Of a stretch of 64,000 nt of DNA, positions 54,401 through 64,000 are shown piece by piece; positions within the stretch are counted from its first letter, which is position 1; every line of letters starts with the position of its first letter. The stretch comes from Caecitellus pseudoparvulus (Eukaryota > Protista > Bigyra: Bicosoecida). The position numbers were made by a program, and so were the translations under genes. The stretch covers positions 310,001 to 374,000 of the forward strand of contig CBFFRQ010000068.1 of NCBI GenBank assembly GCA_965644315.1, read 5' to 3'. The notes below the pieces were generated by a model. That model had not been told where the DNA came from. It saw only the letters and a list, made by a program, of their open reading frames with translations, and did no database searches.

Positions 54401-55614
54401 GGCGGCGGCCTTGGTGTCTGGAGGAGCTGACTGACCTTGATGTCATGGCCCATGGCGGCATCCTGCTGCAGGTGATCCTGGTGGGCGTGCACAGCCTCCG
54501 CCCACCTGAAGGCGTGCGTGGAGTCACGGATGCTCTCCTGTATATTTCACAGGGCGTCATCCTGCTGGCCATTCTGCTGGTCGTGGTGCGTGGGTACAGC
54601 TCAGCGGCACGGGCAGTGCTGGCTCGGGTCGGAGCCCGCATCCGGGCCCTGCTGCCTGAGCTGGGCAGTGCCGACAGCGCAGGGGACAGCACTGTGGGGC
54701 AGATCGTGGACAGTCGAGTGCCGACTCTCGTGGACATTGCGTCAGCCTTGGCGCAGCGACTGACAAGGGGTTGTCGCATCCAGCCAGCCGCCCCACGCGC
54801 CGCCACCAGCTTGAGCACTGTGTTGTCGTTTCCTGGTGGCATGGTGCAGCAAGGGGTGACTGGTAGCCCGCGTAGCGATGCCGATGCCGTGCTGCAGGCA
54901 CTGGGTCCCAGGGGAGCCGCCCTCGTGTCGGTGGCATCCACGCAAAGCTCTGCGCGAACGAAGGCCGCAGCAACAGAAACGACAGAGGAGGAGTCCAGTG
55001 CACGCCCAGCCCAACCGTTATCTTTGCTGGCATTACAGGAAGCATCTCTGCTCCCCATCACCGAGGCAGGTGCCGGCAACGCGACGAACCCTCTGCGGGC
55101 AGGCAAGGCAGAGCCCGCCCCTGCACGCAGCGATGAAGCAGCTGGTGCTGAGAAGCAAGCTTCGACGCCATCACAGTCAGAACAGGCAAAGCAGACGCCT
55201 GATCTTCCAGCCAGTCGAGCGCGAGCACCAGGCCAACTCGCAGACCTGCCAACTTCTGTAGTGCGGCGCAGCTCTCAAGCTGGGCTTGCAGACTTCAGTC
55301 AGTCAATGATGGGTGTTTCAGGCGCACCTTCAGCCCCCAGTGCTGCCAGTCCGCGTTCTAGCTTCAGCGAGGGGCCAGAGCTGGGTGTGGAAGGCGACGA
55401 AGCAGAGAACCCTCTGCAGCGCACACGCCGTTTGAGCATGGGCCACATGGCGGCCATTGCAGACATGGCGGAGCAGCAGCGCACCCGGCGGGGCTCAATG
55501 GCGGCCAGGCGGTCGTTTGATGACCGAGGCCGCATGTCCTTCACCAACACAGCTCGCAGGCGCTCGTCAAGCACCCGGCGCAGAAGCAGCGCCGCCAAGC
55601 CGCCTCCATCGTAG
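51433..55614 (+). CDS. Receptor-like protein: RCC1/BLIP-II seven-bladed propeller ectodomain, Cys-rich linker, multi-pass TM domain, phospho-motif-rich tail
   Basis: Hydrophobic signal segment; seven repeats of the form xxAGxxHTCxLxxxGxxMCWGxGxxGxLGY; CAPGHTGPACGMCAPGW..CTKCP; multiple TM helices at 53300-54590. Confidence 0.85.
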   Translation: MPTALALLHRDWAPRAPRVRLPCSALAVALMAVTGFACVAGEAPGSPAQHRAHSRQHAQGGEYRGLPSLGLTATPAARQHLRHGRRLASAQATQVSAGGGHTCTMLQGGNIMCWGSSVYGQLGYGNTEKIGDDEHPWAAGTVPLGNGRAVANISTGGQHTCALLTDGSIMCWGRGADGRLGYGNTANIGDDELASSAGTVQLGAGRTAIQVSAGERHTCAVLTMGEVMCWGSNQRGQLGYANTNNIGDKEHPEAAGPVQLGDGRRAMQVAAGSTHTCVLLTDGNIMCWGQGDGGRLGYANTNTVGDDEHPAVAGTVQLGAGRLGVQVVAGSTHSCVLLMDGSVMCWGRGAEGQLGYTNTSNVGVLRHPAEVGTVQLGQGRRAAYISASGYHTCVVLTVGDVMCWGVGHDGQLGYGNTANVGDDELPSSAGTVQVGAGRTAALVTANVYHTCALLVGEGIMCWGHGGFGSLGYARVRGHVGDDEHPFTTGLVQLNQPTAHPTCTSTATNTQCPWLSPQAFRSVWSGSCWAWRPLGNTSLSLSPLQPAFPGSVTCRHGCDHAGTAQIMPCPRQGACPVSSSLAGITGCAPGHTGPACGMCAPGWAATSPCTPCTKCPDTGVSPAGAAIGFALVQVIVALALAVFALFQYAKAPEQLTTSLFTGGLRTMLWFIGISAQVAILAPSGPDSLQASAHSLHQWAGACELARPWAGQSTSNLNGTLYTRDAGAESAGTGVMAVLSSITGSSNFASLPSVACAAGGGDPSSPDNAGNLFLVALGAFLLLASALTLGHTKPAAGATRGVWCSVLLLLPAAAYVRLLPALLQLHAELVGLRPQYEGVCDASSPAGIATAALPFLIPLVLHILAGSVGFVAFMAWRQWRGAATAALRGATVRGFLSNGYRIQMTPEQARNLVTHAGGDKSSAIAEAAVAEAELAQAACWGFAWLLPTHTFLAMQTTLVAVVACVTWLTTDIMLRLCMVGGVVLGSLLLVRWRRPWCLEELTDLDVMAHGGILLQVILVGVHSLRPPEGVRGVTDALLYISQGVILLAILLVVVRGYSSAARAVLARVGARIRALLPELGSADSAGDSTVGQIVDSRVPTLVDIASALAQRLTRGCRIQPAAPRAATSLSTVLSFPGGMVQQGVTGSPRSDADAVLQALGPRGAALVSVASTQSSARTKAAATETTEEESSARPAQPLSLLALQEASLLPITEAGAGNATNPLRAGKAEPAPARSDEAAGAEKQASTPSQSEQAKQTPDLPASRARAPGQLADLPTSVVRRSSQAGLADFSQSMMGVSGAPSAPSAASPRSSFSEGPELGVEGDEAENPLQRTRRLSMGHMAAIADMAEQQRTRRGSMAARRSFDDRGRMSFTNTARRRSSSTRRRSSAAKPPPS
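51712..52911 (+). repeat. Seven tandem 174-nt (58-aa) RCC1-like repeats
   Basis: The Cys codon of CWG falls at 51769, 51943, 52117, 52291, 52465, 52639 and 52813, an exact 174-nt period. Confidence 0.95.
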
Positions 55615-55673
55615 GCACCTGTGTGGACACCAGTTTTTACAGCAACAGTCGATCCATACAATGCATCGTCGGT

Positions 55674-58600
55674 TCAGTGTCTCTCGCTGGAAGAAGCTGG
55701 CAGAGTGTGCCGGCTTTCTACGTCAAGGTGGGTTGCGCCGCTCACCGCGTCTGCGTGGGGTCGCTCTTCGTGCACCACTGCACTCAGCCCTTCGCCCACC
55801 GAGCTCAGGCCCTCCAAGACGTCCACCACCTCTTCATCAGCATCCCCAGCGCCGCCATCGAGCACCCCCCCGCCTTCAACGCCGCTGGCTGTCGGCACGT
55901 CCGTGGCTTCCATGGGGCTTGCGGCGGTGCCTGGAGGGAAGTATGACTCGCCACTGTGCACTTCACCGTGCAGCCCCTCGCCGTCAGCCTCGTGCGTGTC
56001 GGTGCTGCCGCAGCAGGAGGCAGAACTGCGCAGCATGTCGTGCAGGACGCCTCCGGGTCGCGGGGTGCCTTCAGCTGCGAATGCGCTTTCCCTTGCAGAG
56101 GCCAGGGATGATGAGGTGGCGGCTGCGTGCTTCGGTGCAGGTGGTGGGCGTGCATGCATGCGATGCCCGTGAGCGGCGCTCTCGGACGGCCCATGAGCAT
56201 GCCCTGCGGCGCTGTGAACACTGTCAGAGTGCGCGCTTTCTGAGTCCGCCTGCCACTCGCTGGCCATGGTGCTGGCTGCCGCCCGAGCGTGCAGCTCAGC
56301 TGACGACAGCATTGGCCCGCCCATGGACACACCTGCAGCACTGTGCAGTCGGTCTTGCTCCTGCTCCCACACGCCATCCTGCCAGAAGTAGTCGTCGGCG
56401 TGGCAGCAGCAGATGAACTTGCCCGTGAGGGCGTCCCTGCGGTAGCACCGAGGGCGGCACAGGCGCTGAAAAGCGGCTTTCGCCCAGCGCAGCAGCACGA
56501 ACGTGCAGGAGGCAGCAACTTTGGCGCCGCCCAAGAACAAGATCAGCACTGACGCGGCCAGGGCAAAGTGAGACAGCAGGCCGAAGCTGCTGATGATGCC
56601 CAGAAACAGGAGGTTGCTGCCGATCCACACGCCCAGCATGGTCATGCGGAACTGGTTGAACTCCAGCTCGGCGGCTTCTCGCTCCAGCTCCAGGCGGGCT
56701 GCCTGCATGTCCGCCCGCTGAGCGGCAGTGCGGTGAGCCTTCAACATGCGGCGGGCTTTGGCCACCAGCAGGCGCTGCTGCTGCGGCAAGACTTTGTCCG
56801 CCAGCTGCACCAAGGCGTCAGCTTCACTCATCATGTCGGCTCCTGCGGCACTGCTGGACTCGTCCTGCGCTGAGTGGGGCTGGCGGGTGCCGCCGGACGC
56901 GACGCTGCGGCCGTCAGCAGCGGGGGGCCGACCCAACACGTGCAGCCCCACGGCGCTAGGCAGCGTGCCGGGAGAGGGGGGCTCACTGTCATGGTCACCT
57001 TCGTCACTGCCCGCCTCTGATGCAGCGTGCCTCGCGAGGAAGCCCTCCAGCACCGCCTCCATGCGCTGGGCGGACTCGGCGTTCTTGGCGGCAAACTGCA
57101 TGTGGGGCAGGCGGCTGTTGGCGGAGGGCTTGGTCGCCTTTGTGCCCCAGGAGATGTCGTTCAGGCGGCACATACTGTACACAGTGAACATGGTCAGGTA
57201 CGTGGGCATGAGCACCAGGTACTGCGGCATGTTGAAGAGCACCACTGCCGCTTGGCCGTGCAGCAGGCCCGCAAGCGCGTACAAGGCAAAGGTGGCAAAG
57301 ACGGAGATGGCGATGAAGGCGTCGCTGCTGAAGGTTGTGAACAGGTACAGCCCGCAGACCAGGCCCAGGAGGGTGATGGTGCCGAAGACGGTGGCCACGA
57401 AGCGGTAGAAGGTCTCGTTGTGCTTGACGCTGCCCGCCAAGCCCACGATGAGCAGCGCCAACACCAGCAGCGCGTACACAGAGGCGAAGCCGAAGCTGAT
57501 GCCGCTGCCGCCATCCCCCAGCACTGACAGCACGGAGGCGAAGATGACCTCGAAGCTGAGGTACAGGGAGGACACGCCCAGCCAGGAGCAGACGGTGGCG
57601 ATGAGGATGAAGCAGTACTGCAGCAGGAAGAGGCCCTTGCGCCACCAGGGGTGCGCCGCCTTCACCAGCTTGCGCCAGTGTTTGAGGAAGTACAGGGTGT
57701 TGAACAAGCTGCCGTTCAGCCACCTGCGGCGCTGCTGGCACAGCTCCGCGAGGGTGTCGGGCACGTCAGTGGTCGCGACTGCCTCCGGCACGAAGCGCAG
57801 GACCCAAGGCCGGGTGGGGCGGGTCACGATGTGGAAGCTGAGCACGCGGTCCTCGGCAAGGTGCATGTTGGCGTTGAAGGGCCCCAGCTGCTTGACGCTG
57901 AACTCCTCTGCTTTGAAGTACTCCTTCAGCGGCTCGCCGCGAATGGCCGACCAGCGGTACGCAGAGAAGGCCCCCGGCAGGACGCTGATGAAGCCAAACA
58001 GGCTCTCCATGGCTTTGTCTGTCACATGTGCGATCTTGTACTCAAAGTTCTGGCTTGCCGTGAGCACTGAGAAGACGCTGGCGTTGCGGGCGGCGATCTC
58101 CCCACAGCAGCCGCCACAGAAGGGGTCCTCCTCGAAGCACCGCACCAGGTGCACGATGGCCTTGCGCTTGGGAATGGTGCCGACGTCCAGCAGGACGAGG
58201 TACTTCGGGTTCAGTTGCCGGGCAAAGGCCTGCATGACCCAGCTGTGGCTGTTCAGCTTGCCGCCGTTGCGGGCCTTCACCAGTGCCACGACCTGCATGG
58301 GCGCAGAGTAGCGCCGGCGGGTGCGCTCCTGGCGCAGCTCCACCGTGCGCTCAAACATGTGCATGGTGGTGGGGGCTCCCATGACGCTGGCGCGCATGAT
58401 GGAGGGCTCCAGCAGCATCAGTTCGTGCTGCAGGTAGTCCACCATGGAGTGGTGCATTTTCTCCTGCGCAGGGGCGGCGAGGGGCAACGTGTGGGGCCGA
58501 GCAGCGCCCTGCTGCGCCGCGCCTGCACCCACAATGCCGTCGAAGACCACCATCACCAGCACTTGCTCGGGGCTGATGCCTGCATCCTTCAGCGCGGTGA

Positions 58601-58962
58601 CGTTGGCCGCCACGCCTGACAGCGTTTCCCGCAGGAAGGCGCCTGGCTCGCTGTACACTGTAATGCTCAAAAGCGCCACAATGCGGCGGCCCTCCTCAAA
58701 GGCTTTCAGAGTCGCCGTCACATCGATGGGCAGCTCTGTCGTCAAGGCGCTGTAGCCTGCGGTGCGCGCAAGTCACACGAGCAGCCTGCACAAGTTCCGC
58801 AGAGCGCCTGCCACGACGGCCAACCGACGCACGCAGCAGGCGGGTGCTGGGCTCCACCACGACGGAGAAGTTATCCGAGGACAGCTCTCGAGTGACATGG
58901 ACGGCTGTGTGTCCAACTTCCGGCACAACGCCTGGCACGTCGGGCAGTTCGTCCGCGTCCAT
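55674..58962 (-). CDS. CHS: Chitin synthase (GT2; division-1/oomycete-like)
   Basis: Motifs: RYSALTT, TVYSE, VFDG, NGGKLNSHSW, LLDVGT, GGCCGEI, QNFEYK, SVLPGAFSAYRW, LAEDRVL, QRRRWLNGS, DISWGTK. Introns at 58757-58832 and 58464-58532. Start is ATG 58962 (alternative 59061). Confidence 0.95.
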
Positions 58963-59087
58963 CACGCGTTGCTGCTGAAGGCTCGCGTGCTGCAACGCAG
59001 AGGGCAACGGAGGCGCCAAAGGGTTGGAGGGCTGCTCGCCGCAGGACACTGAGGCATCCATCAGCACAGGGGGCGTTTTGAGGCGGT

Positions 59088-59984
59088 TCAAAAAATGCAC
59101 GATGCAGCTGAGTCTGCGCCGCCAAGAAATGCCTCAAACACAACGCCCGTGGCGGCCAGCACTGCCAAGTCGCCCAGAACGCCCAGCACCAGCTTGACAG
59201 CGGTGTCCACAGCCTGCAGACTGGAACCAACCTGCCCTAGTCCCAGCATGGGCAGCACTTGAGCCAGCTGCGTCGGCAGCAGGCTGTGACTTGCCCGTGC
59301 TGCGCTGCCACACGCAAACGTGTGCGTGCCCCACGCCCAGCGGCCCAGGCGCAACACGAGCAGTGCACCCAGTACTGGCACGCGCAGGTGCACCCAAGGC
59401 AGCGGCACAGTAAAGCTGGCCACTGCGCAGGCTGGCTGGAGGTCGGCGTAGTCGGCGGGGTCAAACGCCACGTCAGCCTCCGCGTGGCCGTGTGTTCCTG
59501 CGTCGATGGGTGCAAAGACAGCTTCATCGGCGTCGGGGGGTGGAGAGGCAAGGGAAGGGTGCTGAATGAGGGCCTGGCAGTGCAGGTTGGCTGCCGCGTG
59601 CGCCAGGGCGAGCAGGCACAGGACGGCGCAGTGCAGCAGCTCCACACCGGCCAGGGCCAGGGGGTGCCAGCGTGCCCCGGGAGTGGGTGGAGGAGGGGAG
59701 GCGAGAGGGGGAACAATGGAAGGCGGGTGCTGTGTGTCTGTGCTAGGCGCTGGGTCCGCGCTGTGTTGCGTCTCCTGGCTGGCAGGTGGGTAGGCGCTCG
59801 CCGGGAGGGTCGGCGCGGAAATTGACGCTTGTGCACCCTGGCGGCTGCCCCTGGGGCGCGCCCCGGGCGCCTGTGCGACAAAGTCGTCGAAGTCCATGTT
59901 ACCACTGACCATCTCCATGCGTTTCTGGCTGGCAGCCTTGATGCGCGCGCGCCGGCGCTCGGCCCGCTGCTGGCTGGTCGGCAT
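59088..59984 (-). CDS. GET2/CAML-like tail-anchored-protein insertion receptor subunit
   Basis: Basic N-terminal motif SQQRAERRRARIKAASQKRMEMVSG, a disordered Pro-rich linker and three hydrophobic segments, the last being VLGDLAVLAATGVVF. Confidence 0.62.
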   Translation of the reverse strand: MPTSQQRAERRRARIKAASQKRMEMVSGNMDFDDFVAQAPGARPRGSRQGAQASISAPTLPASAYPPASQETQHSADPAPSTDTQHPPSIVPPLASPPPPTPGARWHPLALAGVELLHCAVLCLLALAHAAANLHCQALIQHPSLASPPPDADEAVFAPIDAGTHGHAEADVAFDPADYADLQPACAVASFTVPLPWVHLRVPVLGALLVLRLGRWAWGTHTFACGSAARASHSLLPTQLAQVLPMLGLGQVGSSLQAVDTAVKLVLGVLGDLAVLAATGVVFEAFLGGADSAASCIF

Positions 59985-60144
59985 GGCGGCAAGCACAGCA
60001 GACCGCAGCCCCCGCGCACACACCAGGCGCCGAGGCTTGTCGCGACACGCTCAGACAGGCGTGCATGTGAAGCATCACACGTGCTCTGTGCGCTGTGTGT
60101 GGGGTGTGGCGTGGCTCGTGCATTGCCCTGGCGCAGCGTCCGCC

Positions 60145-61590
60145 TCACTGGCCCGTGCCACCCTCCTTCGACCCCGCCACAAGGGCAGACATGAACATGT
60201 CCGAAGGCGGAACACCCTGGCCCCCCCCCTGCGCCGGAGCAGCGCTCTCGGACTGCCCCCGGTTGCGCGCTGCCTTGCGGTTGGACCCCCCCTGGCGGCC
60301 CTTGCGGGACCCCCCCCGGGACCCCCCCTGCATGGCAGCACTGCCATCTGCCGAGGCCCCCCTGCTACGCCGGGCCGCCTTGGCGTCCCCCCCCTCCACT
60401 GGACCCCGCCGCAGGGCGCCCCAGTCCAGCTCAGCACCCTTCTTGGCGGACCCCCCCTCAGCGCCGGAGCTGATGGAGGAGCCACGAGAGCGGGTGCGGG
60501 GGTGGGCTGATGCTGATGCGCTGGTGATGGCGGCCTCGGACGGCGTGGGCCCACCCGCGCCCTCCCACCTCCACGACGCGCCAGACGACGCAGAAGCGGT
60601 GCTGTCCACGGAGTCGCTGCGACCTCGGCGGGTGGAGGCAGCATGCCCCGCCCCAAACGCGCGCCGGCCTGAGCGGGAGGGGGTGCCGCCCCCCCCCTCG
60701 TGCCCGGATGAGGGGGGGGGCCTGTGCAGCGTCTGCACTGGCACGCCCTCCTCCGTATACGCGATGATGTTCTTCTCGGACAGCTTCACGGGGTCGGCGC
60801 GCTTGTAGGCGACGGTGAGGGAGCCGGCACCGCCCTCTGCCGCCGCCTCGGGGGGGGTGGCGCCATGCAGCGCCTTGGCCGCCTCCGCCGCCGCGTCCAG
60901 GTCAGCGTACCTCAGCCACACCTCGCCCTTCTCCCGCAGGTGCAGCTCCATGGCGGTGGGCAGGGGGTGCACGCTGCACACCGCCCGCAGCGCGTCAGAG
61001 CGCGTGGCCTGGGAAGGCAGCCCCCGCAGGACGAGGGAGTTGCTGCAGGGCACCTTGAGCTCCTCGTGCTTGGCCAGGGAGATGTGGAAGGGCGGCATGC
61101 CGGGGAAGACGGGCATGCCACTGCACTGCACGGCCATGGCGGCCGACGCCGGCAGCTGGAAGGTCACCACGCCCAGGCCGGTGGAGGAGGAGAAGTCGCA
61201 GCCCACGACGTGCCCCAGCTGCATCTCGCAGCACTTGATGAGCGCCACGGTGTCCACGCTCTTGGGCACGGAGCGGAAAATGACCCGCGTTTCGGTCATG
61301 GGCGGCGGCGCCCCGCCCACCCCCGGCGCGCCCACGCCCATGGCCGCGTACATGGCTGCCATGTTGCTGGCAGGGGCTTGCCCTGCCTTGGCCCCGCCGG
61401 CGCCCGGCACGCCAGGGCTGGCCCCTGTGGTGGGGGTGCCGCTTTGCTGCAGTGCACTTGGTGTGCCTTCGGAGGAGGCGGTGCCGGGCGTGCCGCCCAG
61501 CATGCCCGCCACAGCGGCAGAGACGGAGGTGGGGTCAAACGCTGCTGCGTTGACGTTGAACTTCAACGGCTTGGGCGGCTGGGATGCCAT
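60145..61590 (-). CDS. PAM2-motif + two-RRM RNA-binding protein (PABP-interacting)
   Basis: N-terminal LKFNVNAAAFDP (PAM2-like); RRM1 RVIFRSVP...GLGVVTF; RRM2 SLVLRGLP...GEVWLRY..AAKALHG; RGG-like tail. Confidence 0.7.
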   Translation of the reverse strand: MASQPPKPLKFNVNAAAFDPTSVSAAVAGMLGGTPGTASSEGTPSALQQSGTPTTGASPGVPGAGGAKAGQAPASNMAAMYAAMGVGAPGVGGAPPPMTETRVIFRSVPKSVDTVALIKCCEMQLGHVVGCDFSSSTGLGVVTFQLPASAAMAVQCSGMPVFPGMPPFHISLAKHEELKVPCSNSLVLRGLPSQATRSDALRAVCSVHPLPTAMELHLREKGEVWLRYADLDAAAEAAKALHGATPPEAAAEGGAGSLTVAYKRADPVKLSEKNIIAYTEEGVPVQTLHRPPPSSGHEGGGGTPSRSGRRAFGAGHAASTRRGRSDSVDSTASASSGASWRWEGAGGPTPSEAAITSASASAHPRTRSRGSSISSGAEGGSAKKGAELDWGALRRGPVEGGDAKAARRSRGASADGSAAMQGGSRGGSRKGRQGGSNRKAARNRGQSESAAPAQGGGQGVPPSDMFMSALVAGSKEGGTGQ

Positions 61591-62019
61591 GGCGGGAGGC
61601 GGGCGCGGCGTGGCCGAGGGTTGGACGCAGCTCAGCCGCAGTGGCGTGCAGCGCGGGGCGGCTGCCTTGGCACACCGGCGTGGGTGCCTGCCGATGAATG
61701 GCGTGGAAGTAGTTCGATGTGGAAGCAGTGCCTGCCGTGGGGGCGGTGCGGTGGTCGGGGAGCGTGGAATGTGGGTCTGGGGGTGAACTGCAGCGAAACG
61801 GCGATGAAACGGCAGCGCATGCTGCAGAGGCTACCGGGCGCAACATTTGAATGACACTAGCACGCGGTGCGATCCAAAATTCATACAGCACAGCGCCCTG
61901 CTCACACCTGGCGTGGCGTGGACGCTGTGTGTGACTGCCGGTTGTGCACTGGCCAGCACACACTGGCAGCGAGACAGGGAGACGTGCACTCCCGCGGCTC
62001 ACCTTGACATTGCGGCGCC

Positions 62020-64000
62020 ATGTCGCACAGCGACGCTGCAGTGCGGGCAGCTGCCCTCGCCCCAGGCGCGGGGCCTGAAGAGCTCTCCGCCGCCTTCGCG
62101 ACGCTGCTTGCCGCGGAAGCCAGTGCCATCGCGCAGCCAGCGCTGGGCCTGCACCCGTCAACGTACGCCCTGCTGGCCGAGCGAGCAGTGAGCGCAGAGG
62201 AGTATGGCCTGGCCAAGGCCATCATTGCCAAGTTCATGTTCAAGGAGCCTGCGCGGGACCAGGTGCGTGGCAGGACGGGGCAAGCTGGCGGGTGAAAACG
62301 CCCGCCACCTCAATAACCGCAGGTGCACCCGTTGCACCGGCCCGCCGCCGCCGCCGCCGCACTGCCTTGCTGCACCACACTGCCTTGCTGCACGCCCACC
62401 CTCGCAGTACTTCGTCCGGGCGCTGTTCATGCGGGGCCTGTGCGAGGTGGACGCAGCTGCGCACGTGACCGGCATCGCGGCCCTCAAAGGCAGCCTGCGG
62501 GCCATCAGCAGCATCATGGGTGGGCTGACAGCAGCGCAGGCGCTGGGTGGGCCTTCTCATGCCTTTCTCATTTACAACGCCTCTGTCTTCCATTGGTACG
62601 CCATGCGGCCGCTGTTCCGGCCAGGCGCGCACGAATTCGCGCTGCCGTCGCTGCGACGTGTCGTGCGTGCGCTGGAGGCGCTGCCGCCGTCCGACACGCC
62701 CTGGCGCCTGCGCAATACGCTCGCCCTCGCCACCGCCCTGGACGCCGCTGGGCTCGTGGAGGAAGCTTCTGCCACTGTGAGTTCCGCACTGGGACTGCTG
62801 CGGCACCTGCCACAGGGGGCCGGCCTCGCCGCTGGCCTGCGCACAAGTGCACTGCACTTGGCTGTGCACCTGGGCCGCAGCACGGGCGGCTTGGGTGGGG
62901 GGGCCACCAGCGCTGCAGCAGCGGTCAAGGCCGCTGAGGAGGAGGCTGCGGAGGCGGGAGGGGGGGGGCGCGTGGCGGGCGCCGTACAACGCAGCATGCT
63001 GTTGACTCTGCAGGACCTGCGGTCGCGGCACGCGGCTGCGCTGCACCACCACCAGTGGCTGCAGGCGCAGCGGAGTCACGGAGGTGCGGAGGGTGGCACC
63101 ACTGCCGAGTCAGGTGGCGCCACTCGCCGCGGCTCAAAACGCTCCATGCGCTCCACCGGCTCAGCCCGCAGCAAGGGCGACAGCGGCATGGGGGGGAGCG
63201 GGACGGGGGTGGAGGGGGGCCTCACCCCCCTCCACCCCCCTCCGTACCCCCCCCTGACCTGGCGGAGGTGGAGGCCACCCTCACCCGCATCCTGCGCCAG
63301 GTGGACCCCGCCCTCGCCCGCGACTATCTAGCCCGCACCGACCCCGCCGCCAGCGCTGTGTTCTGGGAAGAACAGAAGGGCGCCGCCTTGGCGGGTGTCC
63401 AGAGCGGCGGACGGGGGGGGGGGTCCGACCCCCCCTCCGCCATGCTCCAGGCAGAGGCCCAGGATGCCGCCCTAGCCGCCCTGGCCGCCCCGGGTCCCCC
63501 CCCCGTCCTGGCCGCAGTCGCCCTCGTGGCTGCAGAGAGCGGTCTGGTGGACTTGGCAGGCCTGGTGTTGGCCCGTCTAGAGGGGGGGGGGCAGGCCCTT
63601 GCACCGGGGGATGCGGTGGCCATGGGTTTGGCCCAGGCGGCGCTGCTGAGCGGGGGCGGCGCGGCACCCGCTGAGGCGGTGGAGTGCCTGAAACGCATCA
63701 AGTCAGGGTCAGGCGCAAGCCGCGCCCTGTGTCGGGCCATTGCGCCACCCAGTGGCGGACATGGGCCCATCCTGCCCGCACAAGCCGCCGCCCCAGACGG
63801 AGTGCCGGACGGGGGGGTGGATCCGCACGTGCAGGTGGGGGCGGCATCCGCCCTGGACGCCGCCAAGGCTGGGGAGGCTGTCGACGAGGGTGGGCCCATG
63901 GCCCTCCTCACGTTGCCCCACCAGCACCGCCTGACGCCGGAGCAGGTGCACAGCGTGAACAGCCTCCGCCGCTTCGACGCGTTGGGCGCCCTGGACCGTG
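62020..64000 (+). CDS. CFAP46: Cilia- and flagella-associated protein 46-like, 5' part; runs off the window
   Basis: Intron 62263-62407 gives KEPARDQYFVRALF; FLIYNASVFHWYAMRPLFRPG..LPSL matches the CFAP46 N-terminus as recalled. Frame break in the C-runs at ~63225-63255. Confidence 0.7.

Noticed and set aside
62360-62393. Short tandem duplication CACTGCCTTGCTGCAC in the CFAP46 intron
   Set aside because: Only two copies within an intron; ordinary slippage.
1-64000. Hundreds of overlapping ORFs in the six-frame track; also a prokaryotic or viral origin for the window
   Set aside because: High GC suppresses stop codons and produces shadow ORFs. Spliceosomal introns, Y14 and CFAP46 show eukaryotic nuclear DNA, and I recognised no virophage, Polinton or giant-virus hallmark genes.

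Overview
This is gene-dense, GC-rich eukaryotic DNA with short GT-AG introns (mostly 60-110 nt) and about 20 protein-coding genes. I found no rRNA, tRNA or CRISPR array. A flagellar gene (CFAP46-like), a TmcB-like PAS protein and an oomycete/fungal-type chitin synthase suggest a flagellated protist, plausibly a heterotrophic stramenopile; this assignment is inference only. Recognisable housekeeping genes are ELP3, RBM8A/Y14, mitochondrial MCAT/FabD, a gPAPP/IMPAD1-like phosphatase, an IPMK-like kinase, an S28 peptidase and an MFS sugar porter. The most notable feature is a compositionally distinct island at ~45.9-51.1 kb. It carries an intact 1188-aa C2H2-zinc-finger + Plavaka/CMC-type DDE transposase and, head-to-head with it, a 3-exon orphan gene that the ORF track splits into pieces. 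Also notable are a bacterial-type RtcB2 (PrfH-coupled family) RNA ligase with an extra N-terminal domain, a divergent GET2/CAML-like ER insertase subunit, a GxGYxYP glycan-active protein beside a sugar transporter, and two large receptor-like multi-TM proteins with different ectodomains and shared tail motifs. Three reading-frame breaks sit in poly-C runs and look like assembly homopolymer errors. All family calls come from motif recognition by eye; no database searches were run.
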